Part shown: positions 52,063-64,000 of the stretch, in pieces | How the letters are laid out: each line of letters begins with the position of its first letter | Position numbering within the stretch: the first letter of the stretch is position 1 | DNA from: Felis catus | Taxonomy: Eukaryota | NCBI RefSeq assembly: GCF_018350175.1 | Contig: NC_058368.1 | Location: forward strand, 208,694,001 to 208,758,000 | Reading direction: 5' to 3' | DNA: 64,000 bases | Made by a program: the position numbers and the translations under genes | The notes under the pieces: model-generated | The model's database searches: none | What the model was told of the DNA's origin: nothing | Seen by the model: the letters and a program-made list of their open reading frames with translations, nothing else

Positions 52063-53164
52063 AGAGGAGTGGCATTTGAGACTGCTCCGATCCTCATCAG
52101 TTGGTAAGAAAGAAGGCCTTTTGGTGGGGCTAGGTAACTCCCTGACTCATGTGAGAGCAAGCAAGCACATCAGCAAGGGTACATTAAGTCACTCTTATTA
52201 CACACCTGAAGATGAGAACGAATGGCCTTAGGACAGAAGCCAAAGAAAAGTTGATAGTTCAAAGAGGAAATTCCCATGCTCAACCAGGTGTTGTCCAGAC
52301 ACTGGAGGGCAGGGAGGGACTGAATACAGGCAAGCTGAGGGCACAAAGGGCCACAGAGGGAAGTTGGGGACAGAGAGGGAGAACCTGAGGGTAAGAGATG
52401 AGATGAAGATGACAGAGGTTCCCCCCAAAAGCAGCCAAGTACAAAATAGGCTCATTTCACAACTTCACCTTCAACTGATACGTGTTTGTTGAATTGAGTT
52501 TCCTGAAAACTTTCATTTGGCTTCCAAGGAAAACAACCATAAAGATATGGTTTTCTGTCCTGTGGTCTGTCCCCCCCAGGAACGTGATTGCAGGAATGTG
52601 AACTCAAGCTGATAGCTCCTTTCTACACATATGGAACAGCTTTGGGATGGGAAAAAGATTTTTAAAAGACTGAAAAAAAAATCCCTGAAGAGCAACTTGG
52701 CTTTTGTTTAATGGGTCTGATTAACAATTTGAGGGAAATGAGAACTGTGGCAAAATAGAGTTTTTGAAATTCTGAATTGCTCCTTAGAACAGGGCTTTAC
52801 CATTCAGTAGCCTGGCTGTGGGTCCCCTGGGCCTGCTAAGGCTCTTAATTTGATTACTTATAAATAAAATTTTTAAATAATACATTTTCATTTCAGTGGG
52901 ATGAATGGATAGATAGATGATAAATAGAGGTGACTATTAAACACTAGGTTTCCCTCCTCTCAGCTCCTACTGGCACCTTCCTCACTCTTGCTCGAGGGAA
53001 TCAACATCCTCTTATCCGGAGCATTGAGAACTACTAAGATTCTAATTGGAGGCAGATTCAGGCCCACACTGTGGCCAAGTCTGGTGAAATTTTTGCCAGT
53101 ATCTCTAAGAACCTGTTTGCAAGTCTTCTCACTAAAGGTGATGATTCATGCATTCAAAGTTCAG

Positions 53165-53563
53165 AGACACAAAGACAGACAGAGACAGAGACACAGAGAG
53201 AGAGACAGAGATGAGATATCTATTTATGTAAAGATATTTATATTAAGGAATTAGTTCACACAATTTTGGGGACACCAAGTCTGAAATTTCTAAGGCAGGC
53301 CAGCAAGTCAGAAACTCAATAGGAATTAACTCTGCAATCCTGAGGCAGAATTTCTTCTTCCCTGGAAACCCCAGGTTCTGCTCTTACGGCATTCAACTAA
53401 TTAGATGTGGCCCACCCACATCATCAAGAGTAATCTCCTTTAAAGTAAACTGACTGTGGATGTTAATCCCTTCCCCACAATATCTCCACAGCAACATCTA
53501 GACCAGTGTTTGGCCAAACAACTGGTCACCATAGCTAACCTGACACATAAAATTAACAATCAC
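53165..53563 (-). mobile_element. MLT2 LTR
   Basis: TATTAAGGAATTAGTTCACACAATT..GGCAGAATTTCTTCTTC..GGCCCACCCACAT..TGACACATAAAATTAACAATCACA. Confidence 0.88.
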
Positions 53564-55689
53564 AGGTGGGATCCTAGCTCACCCTCTTTGGCCCCAGGCT
53601 GGAATTTTTTCTCCACTGCTGTTCTAGTACTCTTGGGTCCCATTACCATGATCTGGTTGCACAGATAGTGCCACGGTGGTTGTGTTAATGTGGCCCACAT
53701 CAGGTCTATTCTCTGTTACTCCTAAATGCCTTCTACTACCCTCTGGTCCTCTTCTCTCTGATATGTTCTCTTGGGAAAGATGACTCTACCCTCCTCTGAG
53801 GCTCAGTCTCTTGAATTTTTTGTTCTAATATCTGGGTCCACAGGGGGCAAATACCACTACCCAGAGTCCCTCATCAGCCCCCTATAAGGACCCATGAGCA
53901 TACTCCACTTCCTCCTTCAAAGGATAGTGTCCGTTATAGGTTGCTGTGGGCCCTTGTCTGTGTCAACCTTGCTCTAAGACCCACATGGGTCTGCGATTCT
54001 TTGGAATCTTGCCAGTCACTAGGGCAGAGGGAAAATGGAAAACCATGCCCCGACTCTTAAAGCTGCCATCTGAAAATGACACTCATCCCTTCCATTCACG
54101 TTTCATTGGCCAAACCATGTCACATGGCCATATGAACCACAAGGGAGCAGAGGAAGTACCACCCCACCATGTACCTAGGAGGAGATCAGCTAGTGAATGT
54201 TTGGTGACCAGCACTGACCATTACCCCAAGTTCTCTCAGCTTACCTGCAAAGCTGACGGACACACCTCAAGTGGGCTGCCAAATCTTTTTGGGTTCAGAT
54301 CGTCAGCCCTCCTCCTCACTTCCCCAGGTGCTTGTGAGTCTCCATCCAGTGCACTCACAACCTTCCTCCTCCATCCTCTTCTGTGTCTCAGCCTTTCCTA
54401 ACTGCCCACACACAGAAACAACCTTCCTTCCAAAGTTGGTGCTAGAAATGTATCATGGAAACACACTTTGCACAACATTAATTGGCAGTGTCTATTAAAG
54501 AAAGGATTATTTCTCCAAGATTTCCTGATCCAACATCTTGACTCACTCATTGCAAACCACGCAAGACCAGTGGCTGCCTAGTACTTAAACTGTCGATGTG
54601 ATTCTAACAAAATACAGTTAATGATGAGAAAGAATTCTTAAGTTAAATATAATATGTAAATAAAAGAATGTTCTGTAACACAGAATAATCTTCAATTTTG
54701 CGAAACAAAATATTCACATATGCAGCTTTTAATGGGTCAAAAAAAAGACTTCAAAATGATAGAGCGTTTTTTTCCAGAAAGTGGAAGGAGAATTGATTGA
54801 TATGTTCTTAGGTTTTTAAGAGAAGAATGCATGCATATTCTTTTAACTAGCAAAGCTATTTTTTCAAGGTTTTAAAGTCCACATGGATGAGAGTTTTTCA
54901 TCCTCTCATTGCCTTTTAATCAGTTTTCTAGGCAAGAATCTTCCCTTACATCTCATTAAATTCTTTTTTATAGTAGTATAAATCTGTTGCATCCTGTTTG
55001 GCTTACAAAAAAAAGAGGGGATGGGGTTAAGAGAGGCATGGTGTCTCCTTAGATTACTGTAACAATGGCAGAAAAGTAACCAGGAAAACTACTTCAACTC
55101 CTCCTGTGGCCGCAGAGAATCCACCTACAGGAAGTCTTGGGCTCCCCTCCTCCCTGCTGGACTAATGCACCTGAACATAGAGGGAATCTGGAAGCAAGGT
55201 GGGGCCAAGAATGGGCAGATGTAGCAGATTCTCTCCCTCCCCCCCATCCCGCCCAAAGAGAAGGCACTCCTCCTGCAAGATTGGACACCATTCCAGGTCA
55301 AGTCACGCCAAGTTAAGCCAGGGCTTCTCTGGGCATTGCTTTGGACTTATCCCCTCATCTGCAAGTCCTGGGGCTGGGCAGAGTGTGTGTGGCTAGTGAA
55401 ACTGTGTGGGTGGGGGGGACTTGTGTTGGTTTTAAAACATGGATGCACCACATATGCTTGAAAGGTGGTGTGAGGTCCCCATCAGAGGTTGACCAGAGTC
55501 AGGAGGCACCAGGGACAACGGCACATTCAAGCAGTTATTATAAGCTCTGGAATATTTTTTGTTTTCTAAATTTATCCAGGATCAGAAGCCCTCTAGTCTT
55601 ATCTACTTCCTATGGCCACAAAGAGGGGGCACAGGGAAAGACAGCTGGGGGAAAATAAGAGCACACACTGGCTTACAATGAATGGTAAT

Positions 55690-56410
55690 AAAAGCAAACA
55701 TATTGAGCGCTTACTATGTGCTGGCCTCTTTCTACGTAGTATCTCAATCTTCCAGCAACCTCACATAGCAGGGATTAGGACAGCACACATTTTACAGATA
55801 AGGAAACCAAAGTTCTACAAGCTCAAGTGCAATAGTGGAGCACACTGGTTCAGACCATGGACTCAGGAGCCAGACTGTAAGGATGTGAATCCTGGTTCTG
55901 TCATTTACTAGTGTCTGACCTTGGCATGTTACAGAACCTCCCTGCGCCTCAGTTTGCCTTACTGGCAAAATGAGGACAGTATGCGTACCTTCCTCACCAG
56001 GTGATGGTAAGGACTAAAAGTTACCCTATGCAGGAGGCATAGAGAACTCCCTTCAGACGTAACGTGAATCGATCTTCTGTACAACATATCATAATGAAAC
56101 TGGCAAAATGCAAAGATAAAGAGAGAATTCTGAAAGCAGCTAGGGATAAACGAGCCCTAACCTACAAGGGTAGACACATAAGGGTAGTAGCAGACCTATT
56201 ATCTACTGAAACTTGGCAGGCCAGAAAGGAGTGGCAGGAAATTTTCAATGTGATGAACGGGAAACATATGCAGTCAAGAATCCTTTATTTATGCACAAAG
56301 CTTAGAAACAGTAGATGCCCCTTGACAGACACTGTAAAGCACTAGGTCTTGTTAAGTCATTTGCCCAAGGCCACAAGGTCAGGAAGGGGCAGTGCCAAGA
56401 ACTGAAGGTC
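55690..56410. mobile_element. Nested MIR fragments
   Basis: ATTGAGCGCTTACTATGTGC; TGACCTTGGC..CCTCAGTTT..AAAATGAGGA; TTAAGTCATTTGCCCAAGGCCACA. Confidence 0.8.
56030..56290 (+). mobile_element. Isolated internal L1 ORF1 fragment
   Basis: Peptide HIIMKLAKCKDKERILKAARDKRALTYKGRHIRVVADL..ETWQARKEWQEIF..RILY matches the L1 ORF1p RRM/CTD region. Confidence 0.93.
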
Positions 56411-57404
56411 AACAGTGTCACACCAAAGCCCCCACACCTAAAATCTACCCGACCCTGACAACACGACCTATCTAGCTGGCCCTTGTAACACACCCAAAGG
56501 CATTCTATTTGAATCTAAAGATATCCTTTGGGCAGTCATTTAAGCAAACATTATAATGCAACAACAACCTTGCCTCCGTACAGCATTCTAAAACAAATAG
56601 ATGCCGAAGTTTTAAGTCACCAGTGTGTCACCAACATACAGCAAGCGCTGGGGACTGTCCTCGGAGGGAAGGAAAGCAGCACAGAGACTCTCTGCTCACT
56701 CCCCCTTGGGCCAAACACCTCACAAGGGAGGCGATGCCCCATCCTGGGCCTCTCGCCACTGGGTTTGACTGGAGTGTCCAGCTATGGGCACACTTCGGTG
56801 GGTGCAGCCTGGCCACCCCCCAGCCCTGTCTGCTGCCCTTCAGGCTGCCCCAAGCAACTACAAGCATGTTAAATCTGCAGCACCCCTGGGTTTTTAGGTC
56901 TCGCCTTGGATTTTGATGTAGGTCCAAAGTGGAAGCTTAGTTTAAGGGAGAAAAAGGAAACCCTTCCAGCTGACACTAAAGTTGAATAAAGGAAGTGGAG
57001 GGATGATGAGCACTAGTCCAGACAAGAGGAACTTCCTCCCCTTTGCTTAGCCTGGGCTAAACCCACAGGCCTAATTACCATCATTTACATTCCCTGCACC
57101 ATAACAACCTCAGTGGTGCCTCAAGTGGCAGATGGAACAAAAGCATCTCCCCTGTGAGATGCAATAAATCCCCAGGGAATAGCAGAATGTGAGAATAAAT
57201 CCCTACTCCCTCAGCTGCCAGCTGTATGCCCAGGGGCAAGCCATTTTGGTTTCTTCACCTGTGAAATGGGGATGATCATCTCCATTCATCACATTTGCTG
57301 AGAAGAGTAACTGAAGGAAGGGTCTACATGAAAGGGCTCTCCGAATTTTCTGCAGTAGTCCCTACAAAAGTAAGGTCATATTAATCATGGGTTGTTTTTT
57401 TTTT

Positions 57405-57710
57405 TTTACTCTCTATATTTTATGATGCTTTGACATCTTGAGGACCTTGCTGGCTGGGAGAGACTGCCCCTAGGGACAGAAACAACTTGCCTGTGATGGT
57501 TTTCATCTACACACCAACAAATCCAGAGCCAGTGTCCTGAACCACCTCCACTATCTAACTCACACACACCAAGCCAAGGTTTCCTCTGCCCTAAATCACC
57601 CCATGGCCAGGTACTAGACATCTGGAGACCAACCCCTAAAGCCCAGAGCTTGCCAAAATTATTCAAACTAGCCAATCCTAAGGCATTTACCCTTCCCTGT
57701 AAATTTCCCA
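57405..57710 (+). mobile_element. MER74-like ERVL LTR fragment
   Basis: TATGATGCTTTGACATCTTG..GAGAGACTGCCCCT..AATCCAGAGCC..AAATTATTCAAACTAGCCAATCCTAA. Confidence 0.8.
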
Positions 57711-58390
57711 AGGTAAATCTGACCAGCAAAAGATGCTTATGTTATATACGCAGAGTCCTTAATACTCTCAAGATCAAAGATACTGCTGGGGACCAGCAGC
57801 TATTTCCCCAAAGAGGTGGCACAAACTGGAAAGCCAGCAGAGCTATAAATGTGTGAAGCCTCATGTCAGACTCTCATAAAGGTATAGAAGCTCTGCTCTT
57901 TGCTTTCAAAAGACATGGAAACTGCGCAAATGACAACTTGCCAAGTACATGTGTTTATTATATACATTATATACAGTAGTACATGAAAAATACCACATGA
58001 ATGTTACATGCTACCAAAATTCAGAGTAGGAAGAAAGCACCAATAATACAAATAAAAGTAAACAGGGAGTGAAACATAACAGCTTAAAGAAAATGAGACT
58101 GTTCTAGGTCCAACTCCAATTCTGAGGTTGATTTCCATGGTGCTCCTACACACAAGGGAAAACCCTCCATTTGGCAATTCTTGGCATTCAGTCCCTTTAT
58201 CTCTCTGACTGCTATTGCTTCCTTCTTGAAAGCACTCTCTGGCCTGAGCCCAGCCCCTCAATTGTGGCTGTTCCCTCAGTGGGCCATGATCCACCCATAC
58301 TTCAGTGAGGCTTTGAGCATGTGTTCATTCCGTCATCCATCCACCTCAATGCATCACCTAAAAACTGCCTGAAAATCCAGCTGATGCATT

Positions 58391-58597
58391 CTTTTTTTAA
58401 TGTTTATTTATTTTGAGAGGGAGAAAGAAAGAGAGAGCAGGAAAGGGGCAGAGAGAGAGGAGAGAGAATCCCAATCAGGCTCTGCCCAACATGGGGCTAG
58501 AACCCGATGGAGGGCTCAAACTCACAAACCACAAGATCATGACCTGAGCCAAAACCAAGAGTCAGATGCTTAACCGACTGAGCCACCCAGGTGCCCC
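58391..58597 (-). mobile_element. CanSINE (older type)
   Basis: Antisense SINE; TSD CCAGCTGATGCA on both sides. Confidence 0.93.
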
Positions 58598-59408
58598 CAG
58601 CTGATGCACGCTTGAGGAAACGTGTTTCTGAGAACACCGTACCAAGGCTAGAGGCTGGGCCATGTGATCATGCCTTGTCATTGGTCATCAGTACATGTTC
58701 ACAGAGGCCACCGAGGAAACCGGTCCAGAAGTCAGCCCTGCCAACCATAACTGGGCCAAGCAAGCAGTGCTCTGGGCTAGTTTTCACTCGGGACTGCGGA
58801 TGGAATTTTTGATGAATGCACAGTATGTGACTGGCTTTTCCTCAAAAACTGTAAAGTTATCTAAAGAATTCCCCATTTCCCATTAGACGCTAAAAATATG
58901 TTTCCAATTTTGTTTATTTACTTACATGTGTTTGGTGCTTATTTATTTGTCCTTTACAAGCTCATGACAGGAAAGTCTGCTTTGACAGGAACCTCCCAGC
59001 AGCCAGATCTTTCTTCATCTGTCACTCCTAGGTTTGCATGCGACGGAATCGGTTGGGCTTCAGAATCAGATCCACTGAGGTTTGACTGCTGGTTCTGCCT
59101 CTCCCCGGAGGCTGGACCATTGAGGAAGTCACCTAAAACCCTCTGAGCTTCCTTTCCTTCCAGAAAAACTGTAATAGTCATTCCTATCTCACAGGATTGT
59201 TATAAAAATTCAACGAAATAACACAGGGAAAATCCTTAGCACAGTGCCAAGTATGCTGCAGATGCTCAAAAATACATGAATTCCAGCCTAGCACTAACTA
59301 ACAAATGTTTTAAGTGCCCACTCCATAGTCCTTGACCTCAAAGAAATGGTCAACTGATGTTAAAAGATAAGGTAATGACTATGATAAAGATATATTAGGA
59401 TAGATCAA

Positions 59409-59628
59409 GGGGCGCCTGGGTGGCGCAGTCGGTTAAGCGTCCGACTTCAGCCAGGTCACGATCTTGCAGTCCGTGAGTTCGAGCCCCGCGTCAGGCTCTG
59501 GGCTGATGGCTCAGAGCCTGGAGCCTGTTTCCGATTCTGTGTCTCCCTCTCTCTCTGCCCCTCCCCCGTTCATGCTCTGTCTCCCTCTGTCCCAAAAATG
59601 AATAAACGTTGAAAAAAAAAATTTAAAA
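59409..59628 (+). mobile_element. Young CanSINE (SINEC_Fc-like)
   Basis: GGGGCGCCTGGGTGGCGCAGTCGG head; ~22-bp TSD AAAGATATATTAGGATAGATCA on both sides. Confidence 0.98.
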
Positions 59629-59634
59629 AAAGAT

Positions 59635-60005
59635 ATATTAGGATAGATCAGGTTATGCTGCAGCAACAAACAACCCCAACATCTCAGTGGCTTAAAACAA
59701 TAAAGGTTTATTTCTTGCTCATATTCTGTGTCCATCATGAGCAAATGGGGGGCTCTGCTTCACCCTCATTCAGACACACAGGCTAAGAGACTCCACGCTG
59801 GCTGGCAGTCTTGGTAGACGGAGGAGGAGATAGAGAATCACACTCCAGCTCCTCAATACACGGCAACACAACTCCATTCATATATTGGCCTGAGAGAGTC
59901 ACCCAGCCATATGTAATTTCAGAGAAACAGGGAAATTTAATGTTCCTGAATGCCCAAAAGTAGAGTGGAACCCAAGATTGATGAAAGTACTCATGTCTCC
60001 CACAG
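59635..60005 (-). mobile_element. Old MLT1-type LTR
   Basis: GGTTATGCTGCAGCAACAAACAACCCC..ATCTCAGTGGCTTAAAACAATAAAGGTTTATTTCTTGCTCA. Confidence 0.85.
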
Positions 60006-61067
60006 AAGGTATACAATGTATGATGAGGTCATAAAGAAAGGAAAGCCTGAGGTTTTATTGAGTGTCCAGAAGAGCTTCTGTCAGGGAGGTAATTCTTGTG
60101 ATGAAACTCTAACAATTAAATTTAACTTTCCAACTAGGCAAAGGAACAGGACGTATCCCACACAGAGAGCAAAGAGTTGGAGACTTGAAAGAACACGATG
60201 CTCTCTGGGACAAGTTATTCAGTATTAACAGGAGAAAAGCGTGATTTGGAAAGAAGTGAGACCTGAGGTTAGACCTGTGCTAGATCATGCCATGATAAGA
60301 AACCAAGATGATTTGATCATCTTGGTGATGAGGGGTAGGGTATGGCATTGAAAATCCTGAGCAAGAGAGTGACAAAATCAGATGTGCTCACCTATCCAAT
60401 CAACAAATACCCAATGAGTGCCTATCAAGAGCAAGGCACTGTTCAAAGAGTTGAGGATATAATGGTGAACAAAGACAAAATTTCTTGCCCTCATAGAATT
60501 CAAACACCAATGTTGGAAAAGGCAGTGTGGCAGCATTATGGGGAATGGATTAGAAGGAACTGATTGACGTGAGAAGCAGAGAAACCAAAGACAAGGTTAC
60601 TGCAATATTATAGGCCAGTTATAATAGGGACCTCAACTATACATAGCAGCAAGAGTGCTAAGCTGAGGACAGATAAGAGACATTGAAAGAATCAACAGAA
60701 CTTGGGAACAATGCAACATAAGAGTAAAGAAGTGGGAGAAATTAAGAATGATTCTGTTTTCCTGCATGGACAACTAGATAAATGTCAATGCCATTCACCA
60801 AGACTGAGAACTCAGAAGAACAAACAGGTTAGAAAGAAGTGATGGGTTTGCCACAAATGTACGGACTTTTGGGCGGAATTTTTCCCCACAGGAATTTGTG
60901 TATCTGGAACTCAAGAAATGGCTATACACTGAAAACATATATATAGCATTGGGGAATAAACAGAAAGGAACAGAAAAATGGGGGCAAATGTAGACTAATG
61001 GCAAGCATAGATGTTCTCTCACTCCCAAGACCACTCTAACATGATATTAAGATATTTAAGAAGACAT

Positions 61068-61262
61068 GTGGGACACCTGGGTGGCTCAGTCAGTTGAGCA
61101 TCCAACTTTAGCTCAGGTCATGATCTCACAGTTTCTAGGTTTGAGCACCACACTGGGCTCTCTGCTGCCAGCATGGAGCCCACTTCAGATCCTCTGTCCC
61201 CCTCTCTCTATGCCGCTCCCATATTTTCACTCTCTCTCTCTCAAAAATAAACATTAAAAATA
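61068..61262 (+). mobile_element. CanSINE
   Basis: SINE head and body, AATAAACATTAAAAA tail. Confidence 0.93.
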
Positions 61263-61399
61263 TATATAAACATACAACCACACAGGGAACAAGAAAGTGG
61301 ATAGCACTGAACAACAGTAAGTGGTTGGAAGAAGGCAAACCGATTTCACAAAAGAGAAGGCTCAACCAAAAGTCCTTGCAAAGGGGCTCACTTGCCTTC

Positions 61400-64000
61400 C
61401 AAAAACACTTTAGAAAATGCTGTTGGAAATGAAAAGTGATAACTAAAATAACTAGAAGTAAAGGAAGACAATGATGTTGAAGAAATCTAGAAAGTGTATA
61501 AAAAGAGAAATGAAAAATAAGAAAGAAAAGATTGAAGACTTAGATAATCAATCCTGGCGATCCACCTGCTGACTAATAGGAACTTTAGAAAGAGAATGGA
61601 ATGCGAGGATACAGGAAATTGTCATGAAATAATACCCAGAAGATATCCTAGAATTGAAGAACAAATCCCCAGATTGAAAGGGTCCTCTAAGTACATACAC
61701 AATGACTAAATACAGAGCTCCATCGAAACATAGAAAGTAATGAGGAAGTTTACCAATGTTGGAGTGATATAATATTCTAAAATCTATCATGGTGATGGTT
61801 GCATAGCTCTGCATATATTAAAACTCATCTAATTTTGTAGCTTAAATATGTCAATTGTATGATGTGTGAATTACATCTTAATAAACTGTTACTTCAAAAA
61901 CTGGGGATCCAATTCTCTGACTAGTGGCAGAAGAGGAAATCAGAGACATGTAGCATGAGGAAGATTTGACAGATAACTGACAGACCACTGGCTAGAAGAT
62001 GGCACATGAGAATGAATGTAAGTGGTCTTTAGGAGCAAAGAATGAGCCCTGTCAGCCAGCAAAGAGGTGGGGACGTGAGTCCAACCACCTTAGTTTGACA
62101 CAGCTGACAGTGACTATGTCGGTGAATGAGCTTTAAAAAAGATTCTCAGAACTTCCATAAGAGCCTCACCTGACCAAGACCTTGATTTTGGACTTGATTC
62201 ACTGTCTTCAGAAAATCCATTTGAGCTTGCTTTGACTAAGAATTTATACAACTGGGATTTAACAGTTGTAGGATTTATACAAGGGATTTAACAACCAAAA
62301 AAGTTCCATAAACTGGTAAAATTTGGTAATTTGTTATACAGCCAAAGAATAACTGCTTGAAAAAAATAAATCTTGTGATTTAAAAAAAAAATAGAAAGTA
62401 AAATTTCAAAACACCTAGGTTATAAACATAAAACCAAAATCTCCCAGTGATACAACCATAGCTCATACACAAAGGAATAGGAGTCCTAATGATAACAGAA
62501 GGTAGATCACAGATCTAAATGTAAAAGTAAAACAATACAGAATCCAGAAGAATCACAAGGAAAGTATCTTTGTGTCATTGAGGTGGGCAAAGATTTCTTA
62601 AACAGGACAAAAAAACATGCCAACTACTTAAAAAAATGAATAAACTGTACCTTTGTAAAAAGAAATACACCACTAACAAACTAAACAAGCAAGTCATAGC
62701 CTATAAGAAGATAGTCTGAATACATATATCTGACAAATGACTTGTATCCAGAATATATAAAGAATTCCTTCAACTGAATAAAGACAAGCAAGCTAATATT
62801 TTTTTAATGGACAAAAGAATTGAATAGACATTAAAAAAAAAGGGGGTTTCTAGTTGGCCAGTAAATAAAAAATATTTAATGTATAGTTATTCATTAGGAA
62901 AATGCAAATGACAGCTTCAATGAGATATCACTACTTACCCAAAAGAATGACTGAAGTTTTAGGGGCGCCTGGGTGGCTCAGTCAGTTAAGCGACCGACTT
63001 CGGCTCAGGTCATGATCTCACAGTTTGTGAGTTTGAGCCCCATGTCGGGCTCTGTGCTGACAGCTCAGAGCCTGGAGCCTGCTTCGGATTTTGTGTCTCC
63101 CTCTCTCTCTGCCCCTCCCCTGCTCACACTCTGTCTCTCTCTCTCTCTCTCAAAAATAAATAAATGTTAAAAAAAAAAAATCCTGACCATTCCATATGTT
63201 AGGGAAGATATAGAGCAAATGGAAGTCTCATAATTGAGAAAAATGGTTCATCTACTTTGGAAAATCATCAAACTTTCTGATAATATCTATAACCCCAGTG
63301 TCCAGAAATTCTATTTCTAGGTATTTACTCAAGAGAAGTAAAAGTGTATGTCCTCAAAAAGACATGCACAGAATGTTCTTAACAATTTTATTCATAGTAA
63401 TCAAAATCTGAAAACCACCCAAAAGTCCAAGAACAGGAGAATGGATAGAAGTTGTGGGATACAACATACTATAAATATAAGCAAACAACTAATATCCACA
63501 ACCACATGGATGAATCGCAGCTTTTTTATTGAGCAGAAGCAGCCAGGCACAAAAGAGTACTATATGATTCTATATATGAAGTTCAAGAACTAATGAAGCA
63601 AATTTGTGTCATAGAAGTCAGATAAGTAGTTCTCTTTAGGGTGGGGGTGAGATAGTACTGACAGGGAACAGGTACCAAGGCACCTTCTTGGGTGGTGATC
63701 TGGATAGCACTGCACAGGTAGACAGATCTGTAAAAATCTATCAAGCTATATATTTAATATTTATTTTTTATATTTTAAAAAGACATTATATTTTATAAGA
63801 TTATGCCTGCTTTTTAAAAAATAAAAGGAAATAAGAAAAAGAAAAAAAGAAAGAATGGCATCAGGGCTTATCAATTGCAACATAGGAATCTAAAAGACCA
63901 TGAAGGAATGTCTTCAAAATTCTGAGAGAAAATAGCTTCAAATCTAGAATTCCAGACCCATTCAAACTTTCAATCAAGTGTGAGGTTAAATTAGAAACAT
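61400..64000 (+). mobile_element. Mosaic of old L1M fragments (ORF1 region, 3' ends) with an MLT1-like LTR at ~61900-62350
   Basis: CCAGATTGAAAGGG; GGCAAAGATTTCTTAAACAGGAC; CTTGTATCCAGAATATATAAAGAA; ACATGGATGAATC; CTTCAAAATTCTGAGAGAAAAT. Confidence 0.8.
62962..63180 (+). mobile_element. CanSINE inserted in old L1
   Basis: Full SINE with poly(A). Confidence 0.97.

Noticed and set aside
1..64000. Prokaryotic-style novel system (CRISPR, operon, defence island)
   Set aside because: Sequence is mammalian; no long ORFs, operon structure or repeat-spacer arrays

Overview
Mammalian genomic DNA from a cat-family (feliform) carnivore, judged by many CanSINE/SINEC_Fc-type tRNA-derived SINEs and carnivore LINE-1s. 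The window is repeat-rich and looks intronic or intergenic. I cannot support any intact protein-coding gene; the ORF track is mostly SINE, L1, microsatellite or chance ORFs. Contents: about 17 CanSINEs (many with clear target-site duplications, TSDs), a decayed full-length L1 (- strand, ~28.5-35.9 kb), a 5'-truncated L1 (+ strand, ~20.5-22.95 kb), older L1M/L2/MIR fragments, MaLR/ERVL solo LTRs, hAT MITEs, microsatellites, and one CpG-rich promoter-like segment (~23.7-24.2 kb). The most notable structure is that the two independently inserted, tail-to-tail L1s share an ~860-bp tract that is ~98% identical by hand alignment, including a shared lesion, while their 3' UTRs are far more diverged. 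This points to repeated ectopic gene conversion and possibly a recurrent inversion of the ~6.4-kb spacer carrying the promoter-like island. Also found: a short polyadenylated, TSD-flanked orphan insert inside the long L1, and an internal L1 ORF1 fragment pasted into a MIR without a poly(A). Repeat family names come from recalled consensus features, not a database search; many boundaries are approximate.
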